A stretch of DNA of 64,000 nucleotides from Macrostomum lignano (taxonomy: Eukaryota), in the NCBI GenBank assembly GCA_002269645.1, contig NIVC01000392.1, positions 62,001-126,000 of the forward strand. Reading direction: 5' to 3'. Made by a program: the position numbers and the translations under genes. Shown here in pieces: positions 49,274 through 62,723 of this stretch (its first letter is position 1; every line of letters starts with the position of its first letter). The notes beneath the pieces were generated by a model, which did no database searches, was not told the DNA's origin, and was given only the letters and a program-made list of their open reading frames with translations.

Positions 49274-49765
49274 GCGTAAAACTTGGTCGGCATCTTTAGT
49301 AGTAAATTGTAATTAAGTATTATTTACAAAAATTGAAACTTTAATACCAGTAAAGTCTTATATCCGCATTGAATCAATGCATACCATCAGCAATAAATGC
49401 GACCCTTATTTAACCATTAGCTCCGATGAACGCATGTCAACGATTTAACATGTATCGGAGTTTCAGAGAGGCAAAATTCTATGCGCAATACGAAATGTAG
49501 CCAATCTCTCTAAAAAATGCACTAAGCTACAAAACTTATTCGTTCCAAACTCGTGTAAATAAAGCGCTTATCTCCATCCAATGATTGGTGAAGCTGGCTC
49601 CATTTGTGCGCAAATCTTCATCAATAGCGACCTGTGAAAACACACGCCTCATGTACACACATTTAGCGCTTTATAAAGTGTGCAACAGCAGAATTCAGCG
49701 TTGAATTATCATTTTTGCTCGCCTCTGCCTTTAATCTACCAAAGTCTAATTACTGGCTTTTTTAA

Positions 49766-52333
49766 ATGGCTGACAGAGCTGCCAATCAAACAGATTTGGA
49801 AAATTCGACCGCATTTTCTGCTGAGGTTGAGGGTGAGTTAAAGCTGCATCGTGTTAGCGTGAGAATTCTCAGTGGACTCTCATATGGATTCTCAGTGGAC
49901 TCTCATATGGATTCTCAGTGGACTCTCATATAGATTCTCAGTGGACTCTCATATGAATTCTCAGTGGACTCTCATATGGATTCTCAGTGGACTCTAATAT
50001 GGATTCTCAGTGGACTCTCATGGTGATTATCAGTGGACTCTCATGGCGATTCTCAGTGGACTCTCATGGTGATTCTCAGTGGACTCTCATGGTGATTATC
50101 AGTGGACTCTCATGGTGATTCTCAGTGAACTCTCATGGCGATTCTCAGTGGACTCTAATAGGGATTCTCAGTGGACTTTCATCAGTATTCTCAAATGCTT
50201 CTTTTGCTTGCTTGATTGATTGATTGATTGATTTGCTTCTTTTAAAAGATTACTCCGCCGAAACAAGCAGATGCGCTGGTATGCAGGTGCCCAACTTATT
50301 GCACCCATTGCAGGCTATTACAAGGCAGCTGCAAATGTGACCAAATTAGTGGAAGCTCTGAGACTCTACGCAGCCCCCGTGCTCACTGTTGCTTGCGTTG
50401 TGGGTTCGAGCTTGATCTTGTTCTCCGCTTTCAAGCGATGGTCCACCCTGCAGCCAAAGCACTATGTACTGGTGGCGCTGACAGTTGCTGACTTGGTCAC
50501 CATCCTTTCCAGGTAAAAATTATTCGCGTGTGAAGGTGCGATCCATATTAAATGCGAATCGTCGCGTTCCATCGCGTGTGTACAATTGTTTTCCTTACCC
50601 GTGCGTACATTGCCTCCTCTCTGCCTGCCTGCCGCTGGTTCCATCGCGTGTGTATAATTGTTTTCCTTACCCGTGCGTACATTGCCTCCTCTCTGCCTGC
50701 CTGCCGCTGGTTCCATCGCGTGTGTACAATTGTTTTCCTTACCCGTGCGTACATTGCCTCCTCTCTGCCTGCCTGCCGCTGGTTTTATCGCGTGTGTACA
50801 ATTGTTTTCCTTACCCGTGCGTACATTAATTGTCTCCTCTCTGCCTGCCGCTGGTTCCATCGCGTGTGTACAATTGTTTTCCCAACCCTTCCTCTCTGCC
50901 AAAAATACGAGTACATCAATGTTTTACTATTTGTCCCCCTAACATATTGCAGCGTATTTTTCAATCAATTTTTCTACTACGGTCTCGACTTGCCAATGCC
51001 GCACGTAGTCAACAACAATGCCTGCCAGCTGTGGTCGCTGCTGTGGATTGTTGGCAACGGCCTGTCCACCAACCTGCTCTGCTTCCTGGCCATAGACAGG
51101 CTGTACGCGGTGAGCCGGCCGCTGCAGCACCGGGCGAGCGCCAGCCGCGGTCGCTACTGCCTGCTGCTGGCCGCCTTCTGCGTCCCCTTCCTGGCTGTGG
51201 GCGCCTTCGGAGCCGCCACCTTTCGAATCTATGAATATCTGGGCCAGCGGCACTGCTACATTGATGAGAGCCTCCCGAATTGGGTGGGCATCGCCTATCA
51301 GGCCTACGCCACTCTGATTGCCAACGGCACTCTGGGCAGCTGCTTCCTGCTGATCGCCAACGCCGTTCTGGCTGGTCGGCTCTGCGCCATCGCGCGATCG
51401 CGTCGAGCTCGCTGGCAACTGCCTGAGGAGTCCGGCAGGCAGCTGCAGCAGTGGCGAGCGGAGTTTCCAAGCAGCTCAAACCCGATGGAAAGGTGCGTCT
51501 GATTTTGCGGTTTAGTATTTTCTTAACAAATTTGTAGCCTACACAGGTGGCTACAAAAGCTTATCTTGTTTTGAGACGCTGGGTTCACTTCTCACTTTGC
51601 ATTCTTCTTCATCAACGTTTAGTCTCTTAGTTAATTTCCTGTTAGCTTCATCGGTCGACTTGTCCATGACATTGACTTCGTAGCATTCGATTTCGACGTT
51701 AAACTTGTATATGTGAACTTTAAAGGTTACTTCCCGGTGAGCTAAGCGACCAAAGACGCTTCTTTGCTTAGCTTTTCATTGGCTCCGAGCTTCTGTCTAT
51801 GGCCAAAATCAGCAAATCTGGGGGAGAAATTCGCTTTCAATATGATCAATTATTAATTGATTAAAAATAAGAACCTGCGATGGAGAATGGTCCATTCCCT
51901 GTTACTTGAATAAAGCCCATTTCACATTCCGCCCTGCAGCTTTGACCACCCGTCCAACGCACCTGCTGCTCGCGAAGGGACATCCAAAACGGAAATAATG
52001 GGTGCCCCAACTCCAAATGGTGGCCAACAGCAGCACCAGAAGCAGAAACCTCGTCAGAAGCGTCAGAAAGAATCAACGACGGCCGTACGCACCGGCATCA
52101 CCTTGATGGCCGCGTCTGCAGCCCACTTGGCCGGCTCATTACCTCGCGCTATCACCTACCTGATTGCCGGCGTCATTCACTACGGCAACCTGGCGTCCAA
52201 GTCCGAGCTGACGGCTGCTCAGCTGCGATTAGTCTTCGAGCTTGGCGCCCTATTTGACTACCTGTTCTATCTGAATTGTTCGCTGAATTGGCTGATCTAC
52301 TGCGGCAACGTGCCCGACCTCAGGCCCTGGTAG
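49766..52333 (+). CDS. Class A (rhodopsin-like) GPCR paralogue 1, 4 exons, about 399 aa
   Basis: Exons 49766-49832, 50314-50512, 50953-51492, 51940-52333 with matching phases; N-terminal NQT/NST sequons; TM3 LAIDRLYAV; TM7 NCSLNWLIY. Confidence 0.85.
49862..50183. repeat. 22-23-bp tandem repeat in GPCR1 intron 1
   Basis: GATTCTCAGTGGACTCTCAT units. Confidence 0.92.
50567..50885. repeat. 72-bp tandem repeat in GPCR1 intron 2
   Basis: TTCCATCGCGTGTGTACAATTG recurs about every 72 bp. Confidence 0.9.
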
Positions 52334-52968
52334 CGAGACAATGGTCAACTGCTGAAATTCGCTCTTGACATCTTCTTGAACGACTTTAATTAATTTTAAG
52401 TTTTTAAGCTTCTTAGATGGAACGCATTGTTACTACTTGATGAAACAAACTAAAAGTAGTCTCTGTTGCATTGAGCAGATAAGTTTCTTTGCATTGGGTC
52501 ACGGACGTTTGCGGGAAATATTTTCGCTACCTTTTGTGTCTTCAGAGGCATCAATTAAACTCATTTTAAGAGCTTGTCAATAATTATTAACGCTTGAGCT
52601 CCTCTATAGCCCTAGAAATTTAGTGCAAGTTAAGCAGAGACGGCCGCGGTTAGTACATATGCGCCTTTCAAAGCTGCCACAGTCTCAACACCTGTGTAAG
52701 CTGTAAAACAGCCACTCAATCTCTCTTACTATCTGAAAATCCCATGTTTTAAAATAAAGGCTACCTAAATACATTACTGCTTGAAGCCAGTTTTGTTTAT
52801 TTGCTAATCTTCTGCATCGTTGCCTTATTCTTTTGCTATTCGATACTCAACTATTCATAAAGAGAATACTTGACTAATGGCGTCAGACAAACGTCAGTCA
52901 GTCGAGAATTCCCATAAATATTTTTGACCTTTCAGCACAAAAATCCACGCAGGCCCAATACACCTGTC

Positions 52969-53134
52969 TAGCGCGGCTCTCTGATGTACCAGCGGCCCAG
53001 GCTCGATTCCAAGTGCAGTCACATTGATTTGGGGCTAAATTGGAATCTCGGCTTGGCTCTGCTCGTGCAACTAACGTCATTGAGGGCCAACCCCCAAAAC
53101 ACAGTGAAGTGTGCATGCCTAGCGGTAAATAAGT
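52969..53134 (+). mobile_element. Truncated copy of the tRNA-derived SINE
   Basis: GGCTCGATTCCAAGTGCAGTCACATTGATTTGGGGCTAAATTGGAATCTCGG shared with the other copies. Confidence 0.8.
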
Positions 53135-53136
53135 TT

Positions 53137-54205
53137 GATCTTCATTCCCCATCTGCCACAGTCTTCATTCCCCCTGCCGCAGTCTTCATTCCCCACCTGC
53201 CACAGTCTTCATTCCCCACATGCCGCAGTCTTCATTCCCCACCTGCCACAGTCTTCATTCTCCACCTGCCGCAGTCTTCATTCCCCACCTGCCGCAGTCT
53301 TCATTCCCCACCTGCCACAGTCTTCATTCCCCACCTGCCACAGTCTTCATTCCCCACCTGCCGCAGTCTTCATTCTCCACCTGCAACAGTCTTCATTCCC
53401 CACCTGCCGCAGTCTTCATTCCCCACCTGCCACAGTCTTCATTCCCCACCTGCCACAGTCTTCATTCCCCACCTGCCACAGTCTTCATTCCCCCTGCCAC
53501 AGTCTTCATTCCCCACCTGCCACAGTCTTCATTCCCCACCTGCAACAGTCTTCATTCCCCACCTGCCACAGTCTTCATTACTCACCTGCCACAGTCTTCA
53601 TTCCCCACCTGCCACAGTCTTCATTACTCACCTGCCACAGTCTTCATTCCCCACCTGCAACAGTCTTCATTCCCCACCTGCAACAGTCTTCATTCCCCAC
53701 CTGCAACAGTCTTCATTCCCCACCTGCCACAGTCTTCATTCCCCACCTGCCGCAGTCTTCATTCCCCACCTGCCACAGTCTTCATTCCCCACCTGCAACA
53801 GTCTTCATTCCCCACCTGCAACAGTCTTCATTCCCCACCTGCCACAGTCTTCATTCCCCACCTGCAACAGTCTTCATTCCCCACCTGCCACAGTCTTCAT
53901 TCCCCACCTGCCGCAGTCTTCATTCCCCACCTGCCACAGTCTTCATTCCCCACCTGCCACAGTCTTCATTCCCCACCTGCAACAGTCTTCATTCCCCACC
54001 TGCAACAGTCTTCATTCCCCACCTGCCACAGTCTTCATTCCCCACCTGCCACAGTCTTCATTCCCCACCTGCAACAGTCTTCATTCCCCACCTGCAACAG
54101 TCTTCATTCCCCACCTGCCACAGTCTTCATTCCCCACCTGCCGCAGTCTTCATTCCCCACCTGCCGCAGTCTTCATTCCCCACCTGCCACAGTCTTTATT
54201 CCCAT
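53137..54205. repeat. 23-bp minisatellite, about 46 copies
   Basis: AGTCTTCATTCCCCACCTGCCAC units. Confidence 0.97.
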
Positions 54206-54481
54206 AACTTATGACTTCTCTTTCCATTATACTCATTTCTTCAGCGTTCATTGTAATCTCGTCTCCATATTTCTTCTTATATTCTTAATCTCTTTTCTTC
54301 TCAACCCCTCGTGTGTTTCCTCGTCCTTTTCACAGTCGTAGATTCCATTGTTTGTGGCAAAATATTTCTTTCAATATAATTTGTTTAGCTGTCGCTTCTT
54401 AAAACGTACAAATCTTATGTTGCCGTTTAAATTGTCTTGATTTAAGCCTAGATTGTGATTTTTTTAAGTCACTCAAACATA

Positions 54482-57400
54482 ATGATCGGCAACATGAACG
54501 GCACAACAGACGCTCCGAATGGTAAGCTTGAATTGATGTGGAATTATGCAACACTTTCCGCGATTGTAGAAGACATGCTGCTTCATCTAAAATTGCTTGG
54601 CGTGAGGGAGGTTCAAGATTGACTTGAATTTTTACTTTTATGGGGTGGCGCGTGTGTGTATATTGATTGAAGGTTTAGTTTGGTGGGGTAGCGTGTGTAT
54701 ATATTGATTGAAGGTTTGGTTTAATGGGCCAGCGTGTGTGTACATTGATTGAATGTTTGGTTTAATGGGGCAGCGTGTGTGTACATTGATTGAAGCTTTA
54801 GTTTTTAATTGAAGGTTAAATTGTATATCTGTACATTCCATTTTGATTCGGCTCGCTCTAAACGCTATTTTTTGCGCAGGCTTCTCAGTGGCCGCTATCA
54901 AAGTGTCGAAAATAGTGGAAGCCCTAAGATTATACGCGGCTCCTGCGTTCACGGTGGCCTGCTTGGTCGGCACCAGCATTATCCTGTTCTCCGCTGTCAA
55001 GAACCGAAGTAAACTGCAGCCGAAGCACTACGTTCTTGTAGTGCTCATCATCTCCGACCTAATTACCATTCTGACCAGGTAAAGTCAGGTATCAATCGTC
55101 AGCTCAATCGTAGTTTGACTTTTATCAGTAGAACTGCATCAGGTAAAACAAAGAAATGAGCTTCTTTATTCATGTCTAAATGGAGAAACGAAGTTACAAG
55201 CGGGTAACTATACAAGATTTCAATAAGGAGGGGGTAGTAGCGGAGCTCCAGGGTTGGTAGCCAGCGGCCAAGGCTCGATTCCAAGTGTAGTCGCATTGAT
55301 TTGGAGCTAAATTGGAATCTCGGCTTGACTCTGCTCCTGCAATTAACGCGCTTTGAGGGCCAATCTCAAGGCACAGTGAAGTGTACATGCCTAACGATAA
55401 ATAAAGTCAGGGCCACTGTACACTCCTGTGTGAGTGTGTGCCTGTGGGTATGACTGCGTACGTATCCGCGCGCTTGGGTGCCTGCTCAGGGGAGTCGGCG
55501 GAATGGGCAGTAATGCCTCTCGCCGGTTGTGTGACAATGTCGCTTAAAGAGTGCCAGGGTGCACACAGTCCCCAACTCTAATAAAAAAAGGATCGGAACT
55601 CTTGCGCTCACGGTCCCTTTGGTTCGATTCCATGTGCGGCGTTATTAAGTTGACTTCTTTGTGCATGGACAACCCGGATAAAGTCAACCCGTGGCTAGTG
55701 GACCGCTGCGAGTGGACTGACGACTTGCTTTGCGTCAGCATCCAGAATCCTGTGTGTAAGTAACTAACATCAATTCCCATTCAATGACACGCAGCCTCAG
55801 CCACAAAGGGCTAAACGTCCAAATCTGATGAATCCCACAACAGGCTTGAAGGGGAGTAAAATCCTTTTTTGATTAAACGCTTCTGATAACCCATTTTTGC
55901 AGCAAAAGAAACAAGTAGCTTCAAGCGACAATCTGATTGATATTAGAGCGTGAAAGATGGTTTGTTTTTAACGGATAACAGTTTAATTTCACCAAAGAAA
56001 GTGTTTCTAAAGAAAATCTGTCGTCTCGACCTTAAAAATAATTGAATGCCTTTGATTTATTAAGCAAAGAAGCCACGGAAAGAAGGTTGGTCAGTTCGTA
56101 TTCGAAAGAATGATGTAACCGCCCTTGTCAACCGTCCGCTTCGCGGGGAGGCGAGCGTATGACCAAAAGGGGCAATGACCGTAGGCTGCCTATGACCGGG
56201 CAATGACCTGACGGACCTCCAGCACCAGACTGTCCCGCCCACATGATTGATAGCTTTGGTAGCGCTGCGTGACCAGAGGGCCAAGGACCCACATGGACCC
56301 CACCTGTAGCCAAGGTGCAATAGTTGGTCACTCGGCCATGGCATGACCGAGTGGCTGCCACCACTCCATGTGACCTGGCGCACCTGGATCTTTCTACCAG
56401 ACCTCTCGAGGCTAGAGCCCCGCCTGGATTGGTTACCAGGGGATTTAGGCTAACAGGGGAGACGCATGCAGCCGAGTACAGGGACTCTGCTTGGGGCATG
56501 ATCGGGAACTCTGGGCTCAATCTGGAGGATTTCTCAGCAGGGGATCCTTTGTGGCTGTGAGCGAGGCTGACTTGCGACTTTGATTACTAAGAGTAGTATG
56601 AGGCGAACATGTACTGTCTATAGTTTAGATTGCTCAGGGCGAAGGGACGCGTCAGCATGGGGTTGCAGCCTTCCTACTGCCATTCTGTGCCAAGACTCGC
56701 TAATCCCTCTACTGCACGCACACGCGGCCCCGCAGCACGCACTCACACAGGCGGGCTTTGCACGGGGAGAGGCCATTAGCTTACCCAACTTCCTTATGCT
56801 TTGCCACCCCGGGAGAAAGGCTTAGCAAGCCATGGGTGAAATGATGGTGAAAGAGTGAATAATGATGAGGTTAGTTAATAGATAATAATTAGGCCCTAGG
56901 ACAAATAATCAGGCAATTAGGCGGCTTCACTATTAAGTAAAAAATACAGCAAAAGGTACGGTATCACAATTGGCTCAGCTCTCTAATCAAGCAATGGAAA
57001 AATAGGCAAACTCCGGATAAGCAAAGGCGATTAGAGCACAAATCAGTAACAGGAACTTACCGGCAGCTGCACAGAGAGAGAGAGGCGGAGTGACCGAGGG
57101 CGGCTGTAGGCTGCAGTCAGGCAGACAGTGAAGCGGCGATGCGCTGAGGCGACTAGGCGCTGGTGTAGATCAGGCGATGCTGATGATGCTAGGCGGTATC
57201 AGACCGCTGGCCGATAGGTCGTTCCAAGGTCGTTTCCATGACTCCCTCTCTCTGATTGGCTGCCGGCAGAATGACGTCAGAATGAGTCATGATGAGAAGC
57301 ATGAGACCGGCATAGCAACATGAGAAATGGGAGAATTGCGCAATCCGGAGGTGGGGTGGGGGGATAATTGGCGCAGCGGGAGGTCGCAAAAGTGTTGCGC

Positions 57401-59788
57401 AAGCAAACATTGAGAACAATGGGGCTGTGGTCGAGAACAAAGGAATTGGAAATCGGGGATAATTGGGGAGAATCGAGAACAATAGAAAAGCAAACATTGG
57501 GGAAAAGGTGATAATTAGGTGCGAAAACGAGAACAATAGAAAGAGAAAATCGGAAAAAAGTGATAATTGGTGGGGGTAAAGAGAACAAAAGAATCAAAAA
57601 CGAGAACAATAGAAGCGGAGGTGGGGTGGGTGTCGCATGAGAAATTTGGGGAGGAGAACAATGGCATGAGAAAAGGTTGCGCAAGAGAGGGGGTGAGTCA
57701 TCGATGAGTCATCGAGGGGAAGAGGGGATCACACGACTTACGTCACCGTTTGAGAGTTTGAGAAGGGATGGGGGAACGGTGAGCACACAGAATACTGTAA
57801 GTAGACGCAGAGAAAGGGGGGACAGCGCAGGAAAATAGTGCTAAAAGGGGCCAAAAGAGAGGAGACAGGAAGAGTGCATAAAGAATAGGGAGGCGCGCAG
57901 GGGAGATAGGGTAGAGGGGGATGTACAAAGAGGGAGGGGGAAGCTCCGGAAAGGCAAGTGTGGCGGCAGGGGAGACGGAGCCAAGGCAGCAGGGGGGGGG
58001 GTGCAGCAGAGCGGGAGTCTCCAGGCCTGGTCGAAGACCTGGCCGAGTCTCAACAGCTCTGTGCAGGGGGTGCACGGCGATAGGAGGCACTTTCGAAAAA
58101 GTTCCCCTGCCCTATCCCGCGACCAGAGCGTGGTTACATCAAAACCACAGTGCATAGCTCATCCGTTAATATCAAGGGTACATTTCAGAAACGAATTACT
58201 AACTAAACCCTGGTCAAGGCTCAGTCTCAATCAGCTTCCATTATCAATCAACATCCGCAGCGCCTTCGTCAACGCTTTCCTACACTACGGCGTCAACTTG
58301 CCAACTCCGCACATTGTCTACGACGGCTTCTGCAAGCTGTGGTCGCTGCTGTGGATTGTTGGCAACGGCCTGTCCACCAACCTGCTCTGCTTCCTGGCCA
58401 TAGACAGGCTGTACGCGGTGAGCCGGCCGCTGCAGCACCGGGCGAGCGCCAGCCACGGTCGCTACTGCCTGCTGCTGGCCGCCTTCTGCGTCCCCTTCCT
58501 GGCTGTGGGCGCCTTCGGAGCCGCCACCTTTCGAATCTATGAATATCTGGGCCAGCGGCACTGCTACATTGATGAGAGCCTCCCGAATTGGGTGGGCATA
58601 GCCTACCAGGCCTACGCCACTCTGATTGCCAACGGCACTCTGGGCAGCTGCTTCCTGCTGATCGCCAACGCCGTTCTGGCTGGTCGGCTCTGCGCCATCG
58701 CGCGGTCGCGTCGAGCTCGCTGGCGACTGCCTGAGGAGTCCGGCAGGCAGCTGCAGCAGTGGCGAGCGGAGTTTCCAAGCAGCTCAAACCCGATGGAAAG
58801 GTGCGCTTTTACCGTAAATACGTGGGCGTACATTAAAACCCGTCAAATCAACTTCTCTGACATATTCCCTTTGGTGCTGCTCAATCAGCTCAAGCAGTAA
58901 ATGGAATTATTAATCAGATCAGGATTTAGGGCAGAGACAGGCTCATCTAGGATACAGCCTTGCCCTTATCAGACATGGCGAATGGTTTTGACCTTGATGG
59001 CTCACTGATTACAGAAAGTTTGTAAAATTGTAAAAAAATATTAATTACATCTTTCTGGGATGTCGTCCATTGTTACTGTGCGTATTACATGTACAGCTAA
59101 AGTATTCAATATTCAGTTTAGCTTCGACCAGACGAAAGTGACCGAAAGGAAGCGATTTACTGGTACCTTTCGTTAGATTGATGTGACACTATTGTGGATT
59201 TCACATCAATTTAGGGCCTCTTTACTGGAACCCAATGTTCGTGCAGATTCTGTGATAATTGCAATAGTCCGACAGAATTACAAGGATATTTCAGGACCTG
59301 CTTGAGGAAAATACAGCTTCAGTCTAACATCCAATTATCCAATGATTTTGCTGAATCGCTTTTACAAGCTAGAAACTTGAAAAACTTGAGTGTCAAATGC
59401 CCTCTCCAACTACACGATCGAAAGGAACACGACAGCTCATGATCAGCAGCCAGTCGAGTCCGCTGTACCTGCCGCCCCGTCCTTTGCCGGTCCCCGAGTA
59501 CCGAAGCGTCAGAAGCGCCACCAGGAAGCATCTACTGGAGCGGTCCGCACCGGGATGACCCTCATGGCTGCATCGGCTGCTCACCTAGCTGCTTCGCTGC
59601 CCAGGGCTGTCACATACCTGATCTCTGCCGTCATGCACTACGGCGGTTTAGCCGACTCCGAGTCCGGTGCGGCCCAACTGCGACTGGTGTTCTCTCTTGG
59701 CGGCTTATTTGACTACCTGTTCTTTGCTAACTGTTCGCTTAACTGGCTGATCTACTGCTCCAATGTACGGGAGCTCAGGCCCTGGTAG
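54482..59788 (+). CDS. Class A GPCR paralogue 2, 4 exons
   Basis: Exons 54482-54521, 54880-55078, 58261-58800 and about 59425-59788 (last acceptor uncertain); exons 2 and 3 are the same length as in paralogue 1 (199 and 540 nt). Confidence 0.82.
55229..55588 (+). mobile_element. Full-length copy of the tRNA-derived SINE in GPCR2 intron 2
   Basis: Reverse-complement match to 30382-30739 across its length; B box GGCTCGATTCC; CTCTAATAAAAAAA tail. Confidence 0.85.
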
Positions 59789-59812
59789 GTCAAGGATATG
59801 ATGAAATTTTAA

Positions 59813-60225
<413 letters not shown>

Positions 60226-62079
60226 GTCACTTATTAGTAACTATAGTATCGATTACTTGCCTAACGACTGCAGCGGATCGGAAAACAACTAAAATATTTC
60301 TATTGCACCAAACTATTTAGATGTAGAATGCAACGTTAATCTATACTAAATGCACCAAAATCGTTATAGATGGCTACTTCTAGAAAAAAAGTGTTTTAAT
60401 TTTTATGAATCATTTATTTGCACTCACCTTGTTTGTTAATGCCTAACTAGATCATGATACTGTTTCAATGTTAATGCATTAACCAATCATAAATCGTTAA
60501 ATCTCTGTCAAAACAAGATTACCACTCATATTATAAAGATTATCTCAACGCAAATGCATGATGTATACGGTAACCGATTAATTAGATGCTAAAATTATTT
60601 GAAAAATGCACAATATACTACTCATTAGCGTCGGTGCACCAAGTTTAGGTTGTTAACTACAACATCTTTTGGATATAAAATAGTTAATACATACATCGTC
60701 CAAAGAGATGGGGAAGTGTCAGAGCTTGCTGCTCGTGCTCCGGCGACTGTCTATGGCAAAGCCCCCACCCCACTTGGTGCAGTGCAAACTGCAGCACTAA
60801 TATCAATATGGAACGGATTGGCTGCTAAAACTGGAGCAATTGTAGCAAAAAGGCTGACATCATGGTGCTCGGTCCCAGGCTGCTACAACTTCCTACAACT
60901 GCCACCGCCGCAGTCGACGCTCTAATCGACATATTCGTTCCCATGGCAACCGTTTTAACTTTAATAATCAGCTAGGCTTCGCGAAACAATTCTCAAAAAT
61001 GCTCAACGTCAGGCCGAGCCACTCGGACGCAGTTGAGATTCGGATGCGGATGCCCTATGAGTATTGGAAGCTGCGCTGTCGGCGGCACAAGCTGAGCTAC
61101 AATCAAGATCAGCTGGACCTGCTGCTGATACCCTAATCTTAATACTTTATAGGTACACTTATAGTTACACATTATTTATTAAGAGTGGACTGAGTGATTC
61201 GTCTACTCTTATTGGTTGCACGTACGTACGAGACCTCTCACCACACCATTTGGAGTTTTAAGCTGCCCATAGACCAATCCCAGGAAGTCCACAGCGACTG
61301 AGACAACCAGAGAGAGCAAGGTTGCTGCTGATTCTGTCAGGGAGAGACAACCCGAGCGGATCCAGAGCGGTCGGAGCGGGACGGGGTCGTCGGGGACCTC
61401 TTTTTCGAGACATCCTTGACACCAAAAGTGACAGCTCGACACCCATAAATAAGAATCATTAGTTATAAAATTTTTCATTCAGTTTAATTTTATTTTTAAA
61501 AGGCGTTGGACGATTGAATGCAGCTGTACGTAAAGTTGCTAGCTGTCAACAATATATCGAACTTTTGTTCTCTGTGGTTCACCTCATTAATGGTCTCTAG
61601 CTACTGAAGCTTTCATCACAATCAACCTCTCATGCAGGATCATTCCTATAAAACTATCTTCGAACTTTTCCTCGAAAAAATATAATATAGACTGGATTTT
61701 TATGCCCGAAGAGGTCTCCAATTACCAACTAACAGTAATATACTCGTACGCTGAGCTTTTACCCTCGATTTAGTATCGATTTTTTCTGATCGATTAACTT
61801 TTACAGACTTACTCAGATTTTGTTCGTTTTTAACATATTTTCATGTGTCTAATAAGGGGCTTTCCAGTCAGTCCGGCGACAGATTTCGTATTGTAGATTT
61901 TACGGATTTTAGAAAACAAATAAAACTTTACATGAACAGAGTTCAGTTTTTATTTTTACATGTAGAGAATTCACCGTAGGGCGGCCGGTATCTTTTCTAA
62001 TAAATTTTTACATTATGGCTGTACTTCTGGCATAATTTAGAGCGTCACATCAAACGTTCTAATGTACGAGTATAATAAC

Positions 62080-62200
62080 GAGGCTTTTCACATTACCATT
62101 TCCAGAACCAGAATCGGTTCGGATATCTTCCAAGAAAAAAAGCAGTATAACTATTTACATGTAACTTTGCTGAACATTTGACTGCCTTAACAAGCGCAAC
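62080..62200. repeat. Uninterrupted family X arm (reference for the empty site)
   Basis: GGCTTTTCACATTACCATTTCCAGAACCAGAATCGGTTCGG...CCAAGAAAAAAAGCAGTATAACTAT...TTTGACTGCCTTAACAA. Confidence 0.75.
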
Positions 62201-62723
62201 GATTTAATGCAGTTTCCCACTTTTAAGCAGTATCATCATTATAAAAACGCGCGTTACAAGCTGTTGAAACCCGCGCATTTTGAAGCCGCTAAATTCCAAT
62301 CTGGGTTAATAACAACAATAGCAGTTATAATAATTCCAACAATAAAAGCTCTCTAATCCGTTTAAATGCCAGTAGCCGATTTACATGTAATAGCTCTTTT
62401 TACTACACCTTGTCGCCAAATCGTTCGTCCATTCGCCGGATTTACTGGATACCCTAAAAAGGCCATCTTTTTTGTAATTACGAGCCAGAAGGTATTCTAT
62501 TAGCAACGTATTAAAAAAGAGAAAGAAAAAAGTCAACGGAAAGCTGAAACATTTGTAGGATTTGCAGTTGATCATAAAGATGTTTTATTGAAATTTTAGA
62601 TCAGTTTAAATTTCAATCATGTATTGTTTTGTTATTGTTTCAAAAGTTTAAATTGGGCCAATGAAATTTCGGCCCTAACATTGGTATTTCTAGTTTCAGA
62701 TCTTGATTTGCTTCTACTCTTCA

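Noticed and set aside
50271-50313. MRWYAGAQ start for GPCR1
   Set aside because: The CAG acceptor at 50313 aligns exactly with paralogue 2 exon 2, and an upstream phase-1 exon with N-glycosylation sites exists at 49766-49832
52984-54341. Three ORFs of about 360-410 aa
   Set aside because: Translations of a SINE fragment plus the 23-bp minisatellite
55755-55860. Hammerhead ribozyme cores (CTGACGA, CTGATGA)
   Set aside because: No correctly spaced stem II plus GAAA; the first is just a CTGACG/CGTCAG hairpin
57194-57203. tRNA-Met PBS look-alike (CGGTATCAGA)
   Set aside because: Lacks the TGG start and no adjacent LTR end was identified
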